DNA from: Leptolyngbyaceae cyanobacterium
GTDB taxonomy: Bacteria > Cyanobacteriota > Cyanobacteriia > Phormidesmidales > Phormidesmidaceae
Reading direction: 5' to 3'
Assembly (NCBI GenBank): GCA_050331235.1
Contig: JBHJHA010000018.1
Span: 1-29,527, forward strand
Length of the DNA stretch: 29,527 nt
The notes under the pieces are model-generated. The model did not search any database, was not told the origin of the DNA, and saw only the letters and a program-made list of their open reading frames with translations. Position numbers and translations under genes: made by a program. Below, in pieces: positions 27,004 to 29,527 of this stretch (positions within the stretch are counted from its first letter, which is position 1; every line of letters starts with the position of its first letter).

Positions 27004-27037
27004 AAAGGGGAGGTGCCACATGTGGCACCTCCCCTTT
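27004..27037. terminator. Perfect 34-bp palindrome, probable bidirectional terminator
   Basis: AAAGGGGAGGTGCCACA|TGTGGCACCTCCCCTTT, between the convergent zinc-ribbon and YggT genes. Confidence 0.75.
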
Positions 27038-27293
27038 CACGATGCAATCGATTTTTGAGCGGCTCAGCCCGAACTGAGTAAATAGAGCGAGCTGCAGTCA
27101 AGTGTGGGAATTTTTGATTATCGCCTCGCCTAGAGTGAGATCCTGCCTAGTATTTTGCAATCAGCACCTTTCGTCCTCTGCGATATCTCACTATTGCGGA
27201 CAGCGTCACCCCCATCAGTAAAACCGCTCACTGGTTTCCACTGCCGCCGCCCGCGCTTGCCGAGGGAAATAGCGGACTCCCTGAGGTGATCCA

Positions 27294-27746
27294 TTATCGA
27301 TCAAATAGCACTCGAATCAGCCCTAAGAATAGGGCTAACAATGCTAAATAAGCAGACATCGCGACTAAAAGATTGACATCAAAAATATTTTGACTGCCTC
27401 CAAAGGTTGGGCTGATAAATAAGGTGGAGAAAGGATCAACGAAAGGCTGCGATAGGTCGTAAATCACCCGAGCAAAGGTATTGTCTGGATTAGCCCCCGT
27501 TAACCTCAGCATAAATCGCAGCGTCAGCAAGATTTCCAGCGCAGCCACAAGGTAAATGACAGCACCTACAAACTTATCGAGGGCAGTCGACTTACGAGTT
27601 TTAGTTTGGCGAGCAGCCTCTTGGGCTAGGCGTTGACGTTCCTCGGGGGTAGCAGCGGTATATGACTGGTCGGCCGGGGGGGACTGGGAGGGATACTGCT
27701 CATATGAGTTGGGACCATGGGGGTTGGGATCGTGAGGCGCAGACAT
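27294..27746 (-). CDS. YggT-family membrane protein with low-complexity N-terminus
   Basis: LEILLTLRFMLRLTGANPDNTFA..IY.LS.PFV.PF..LF motif. Confidence 0.85.
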   Translation of the reverse strand: MSAPHDPNPHGPNSYEQYPSQSPPADQSYTAATPEERQRLAQEAARQTKTRKSTALDKFVGAVIYLVAALEILLTLRFMLRLTGANPDNTFARVIYDLSQPFVDPFSTLFISPTFGGSQNIFDVNLLVAMSAYLALLALFLGLIRVLFDR

Positions 27747-27840
27747 GACTAGGGCTCGGAACGACTTTTCCAGAGGGTAGCAAACGTTTCTGATCTTGTG
27801 ATTGGCCTATGGATAGGGGGATTTGAATCCCTAACTAGAT

Positions 27841-29061
27841 TTAATGCTGTGCGATTAACGGTGTAGAATCGGCGGGAGTGGGGCCAAACGTTTCCCAATA
27901 GCGTACGATCGCATAGGCCAGGGTCATTACACCTTGGGCGATCGCGGTTTCGTTGACCTCAAACCTGGGATGATGCAGGGGATAGTTGGGCTGCTCTAGC
28001 AGGCCCACCCCCAGCCGAAACATCGTACCAGGGGCCTGTTCTAAATATACGGAGAAGTCTTCAGCGCCAAGGGAAGGCTCGTGGAGGAGTTGTACGTGGT
28101 CATCACCGCAGACACCGCGGGCACAGGATTCCAGCAGCTGCGTCAGAGCCGGGTCGTTTATCACGGCGGGCACACCAGGCCGATAGCTAATGTCGTAGGT
28201 CGCGCCAAAGGAATGGCAAATGCCGCCAACGATGCCCTCAATCCAATCAGGGAGCTCTTGACGAGTTTCTGGATGGAGCGATCGCACCGTTCCGGTGAGC
28301 CGCACATGGTCGGCAATAACGTTGGGGGCGCGACCTCCCTGAATTTGCCCAATGGTTAACACCACCGGTCGTAGGGGATTATGGGTTCGGCTAATTGCCT
28401 GCTGGAGCTGTGTGATTACCTGAGAAGCGATCCAAATGGCATCCACCGCTTCGTGGGGGCGAGCACCATGACCAGATTCCCCAACGATGTGAATTTCTAA
28501 GTCATCGGCGGCGGCGGTCAGTGCCCCGTAACGAATGCCGACATGCCCCCCGGGAATGGAGGGGTAAACATGGATACCCAGAATAGCGGCTACACCGGTC
28601 ATCACCTCATCTGCCAGCATCCAGCGGGCGCCTTGGGCTGTCTCCTCTGCCGGTTGAAAGATAAAGCGTACCGTCCCCGGCAAAACATCGCCAAGCTCGC
28701 TCAAAATCATGGCCACCCCCAACCCCACGGTAGTGTGGACGTCATGGCCGCAGGCATGCATGACTCCGGGTTTTTGCGAGACAAACTCGAGGGAGGCCTG
28801 TTCCAAAATGGGTAACGCATCCATGTCGGTGCGTAGCGCCAGGATATCTTGCCGTTGACCAGCGCCAGGAATATCTGCAACAACGCCAGTCTTGCCCACC
28901 AACTCCTGCGCTTTGACCCCACAAGATGACAGCACACCCGCGATGTAGGCAGCGGTTTGATATTCTTGACCGCTCAGTTCAGGATGAGCGTGGAGATGGC
29001 GGCGGATTTCAATAAGACGAGGGGTGAGACGGTCAGCGATCGCACGGATTCGGTCGAGCAT
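27841..29061 (-). CDS. M20 family amidohydrolase (N-acyl-L-amino acid amidohydrolase)
   Basis: RRHLHAHPELS, ALRTDMDALP, MHACGHDVH, FQPAEE, GHGARPH, GAEDFS and LHHPRF motifs. Confidence 0.95.
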   Translation of the reverse strand: MLDRIRAIADRLTPRLIEIRRHLHAHPELSGQEYQTAAYIAGVLSSCGVKAQELVGKTGVVADIPGAGQRQDILALRTDMDALPILEQASLEFVSQKPGVMHACGHDVHTTVGLGVAMILSELGDVLPGTVRFIFQPAEETAQGARWMLADEVMTGVAAILGIHVYPSIPGGHVGIRYGALTAAADDLEIHIVGESGHGARPHEAVDAIWIASQVITQLQQAISRTHNPLRPVVLTIGQIQGGRAPNVIADHVRLTGTVRSLHPETRQELPDWIEGIVGGICHSFGATYDISYRPGVPAVINDPALTQLLESCARGVCGDDHVQLLHEPSLGAEDFSVYLEQAPGTMFRLGVGLLEQPNYPLHHPRFEVNETAIAQGVMTLAYAIVRYWETFGPTPADSTPLIAQH

Positions 29062-29114
29062 GAAAAATTAAAATGTAGAGTGTCTTTATCTTAAGAAGTT
29101 TAACGACCTCGCTG

Positions 29115-29386
29115 TTACGCGTACGGATGGCGGGTACTATCGACGTTCGTAATGCTGGGCCAAGCGGTGCGACTCCAAACGCCAGTAGGGATCTCTTGGC
29201 CGCCCAGGGCTTTGACCTGGCACCGAGCCATGCGGTAAACCCAGGCCTGCCCCAGCGGCTGATAAGCGGCCGAAAACACCGCGCACTGCTGCCGCTGGTA
29301 AAGGTTTTCAGCGTCAGTACGGGCGGGATGATAATCTTCAAACTGATCCATTCGAGCAATGACTGCTGCGTCGGCAAATGTTGGCA
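29115..29386 (-). pseudogene. 3' half of a gamma-glutamylcyclotransferase (GGCT/AIG2-like) gene, interrupted by IS982
   Basis: TFADAAVIARMDQFEDYHPARTDAENLYQRQQCAVF...LGQAWVYRM...GG..IP.G.W resembles the GGCT C-terminal half (LD.LE.Y...Y.R...AWVY). The N-terminal FVYGTL motif is absent and IS sequence occupies its place. Confidence 0.75.
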
Positions 29387-29527
29387 ACGTGAGTTCGACG
29401 AGCAGAAGTGAGTAAGAAAAAAGCTGAGACTGAATTTGACGAATTCTATGCTCAGCTATGAACACCACTTTATCCGAAGTCTCTCGCCTGGATGTGACGC
29501 AGATTTTCTGGGAAGTTGATGACTTCT
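29387..29527 (+). mobile_element. IS982-family element, left end and transposase N-terminus (partial)
   Basis: Terminal sequence ACGTGAGTTCGACG (29387-29400) resembles IS982 IRs. ATG 29458 gives MNTTLSEVSRLDVTQIFWEVDDF..., matching the IS982 'IF..VDDF' N-terminal motif. Confidence 0.85.

Larger units (their letters stand above)
1534..28285. repeat. Dispersed HIP1 octamers (GCGATCGC)
   Basis: Many copies through the core genes, e.g. 1534, 16088-16101 (overlapping double copy) and 25398. HIP1 is a cyanobacterial hallmark. Confidence 0.95.

Noticed and set aside
1..29527. Composite transposon bounded by the two terminal IS elements
   Set aside because: The elements belong to different families (IS4 and IS982) and enclose core housekeeping genes. 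No tRNA, rRNA, integrase or prophage genes were seen.

Overview
A 29.5 kb window from a cyanobacterial chromosome, probably a Leptolyngbya/Nodosilinea-like lineage (frequent HIP1 octamers GCGATCGC, psbY, a CURT1/CAAD gene, TIGR02652). It is mostly housekeeping genes: rdgB, psbY, gamma-CA, pilD, leuB, the rpsP-khpA-phoH operon, hflX, a PHP phosphoesterase, PhzF and an M20 amidohydrolase. Each end has an insertion sequence the ORF track missed: the 3' end of an IS4-family transposase on the left, next to decayed toxin-antitoxin-like genes, and the 5' end of an IS982-family element on the right, inserted in a gamma-glutamylcyclotransferase gene. The most notable items are a stand-alone secreted lipoprotein built from seven (D/N)PCA(A/G) repeats, a probable ATC start codon for hflX, an unannotated zinc-ribbon microprotein with a stop at codon 3, an orphan HAS-barrel HerA ATPase near an MGME1-like nuclease, an AAA ATPase with a non-acidic Walker B, and several frameshift or nonsense lesions. 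All family assignments come from motif recognition by eye; no database searches were run.
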